Both the position numbers and the translations under genes were made by a program. The notes under the pieces are model-generated. The model worked only from the letters and a program-made list of their open reading frames with translations, made no database searches and was not told the DNA's origin. From contig NC_043003.1 of NCBI RefSeq assembly GCF_006345805.1, positions 56,544,001-56,608,000 of the forward strand: DNA of 64,000 nt, in the 5' to 3' direction. Shown here piece after piece: positions 63,668-64,000 of the stretch (its first letter is position 1; each line of letters opens with the position of its first letter). This DNA is from Octopus sinensis. Its lineage: Eukaryota.

Positions 63668-63703
63668 CATTTACATTTTGAGTCCACACTCTTCCACAGA
63701 AAG
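63668..63703 (-). ncRNA. Decayed hammerhead-like motif of the 57866-57903 family
   Basis: Minus strand TTT CTGTGGA A GAGT gtgg ACTC AAA ATGT A AAT; G12 lost. Confidence 0.4.
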
Positions 63704-64000
63704 GATTAAGAGGAAGAAACAAACGAAGAAGTAAACGTGCAGAGTTCAACGGTCCACGCAGACACACGCGCGTGCATAAACACAAACACACATACACACA
63801 CGCACGCACACAACACATACGCACACGCATATGTATAGCTTCTACGGACTGCTCGAAGCTTGCTGTTTTCCTACGCTTTAATCTTTGGACCTTACTTTTA
63901 CTTATATATACATATATACATTTGTGTGTGTGTGTGTGTAATAGAAACAGTTTTTAAAGGAAAAGACTACACGTGGTGAAATCCAAGATATATACATACA

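Noticed and set aside
4274-63957. Dozens of ORF-track entries rich in YI/HT/CV/LSIY/PTYL repeats
   Set aside because: They are translations of (TA)n, (CA)n, (TCTA)n and (TAGG)n microsatellites or antisense frames of TEs

Overview
AT-rich animal genomic DNA crowded with microsatellites and transposable elements. The SINE and LINE families resemble those I recall from Octopus; this is an inference, not a database hit. No host protein-coding gene or RNA gene could be identified with confidence, and most ORF-track entries are translated microsatellites. Recognisable elements: a 5'-truncated, GC-rich Neptune-type Penelope-like element (PLE; RT + GIY-YIG, 54.5-58.0 kb), a second PLE remnant (49.7-50.7 kb), a decayed near-full-length CR1-like LINE with a CCCH-finger ORF1 (32.2-35.8 kb), a mariner remnant, two divergent CRE-type REL-endonuclease fragments, an RTE endonuclease remnant split by a hAT-type MITE, and about 17 tRNA-derived SINE copies from about 5 families. 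The main signal: about 12 minimal type-I hammerhead ribozyme (HHR) motifs in several unrelated repeat families, most with a palindromic (dimer-type) stem III. Several carry compensated C3-G8 core pairs (G3-C8 twice, U3-A8 three times). They sit in perfect palindromes, in loops of long inverted repeats, at PLE 3' ends and in a ~556-bp tandem array resembling a retrozyme. All alignments and folds were done by eye; ribozyme activity is untested.
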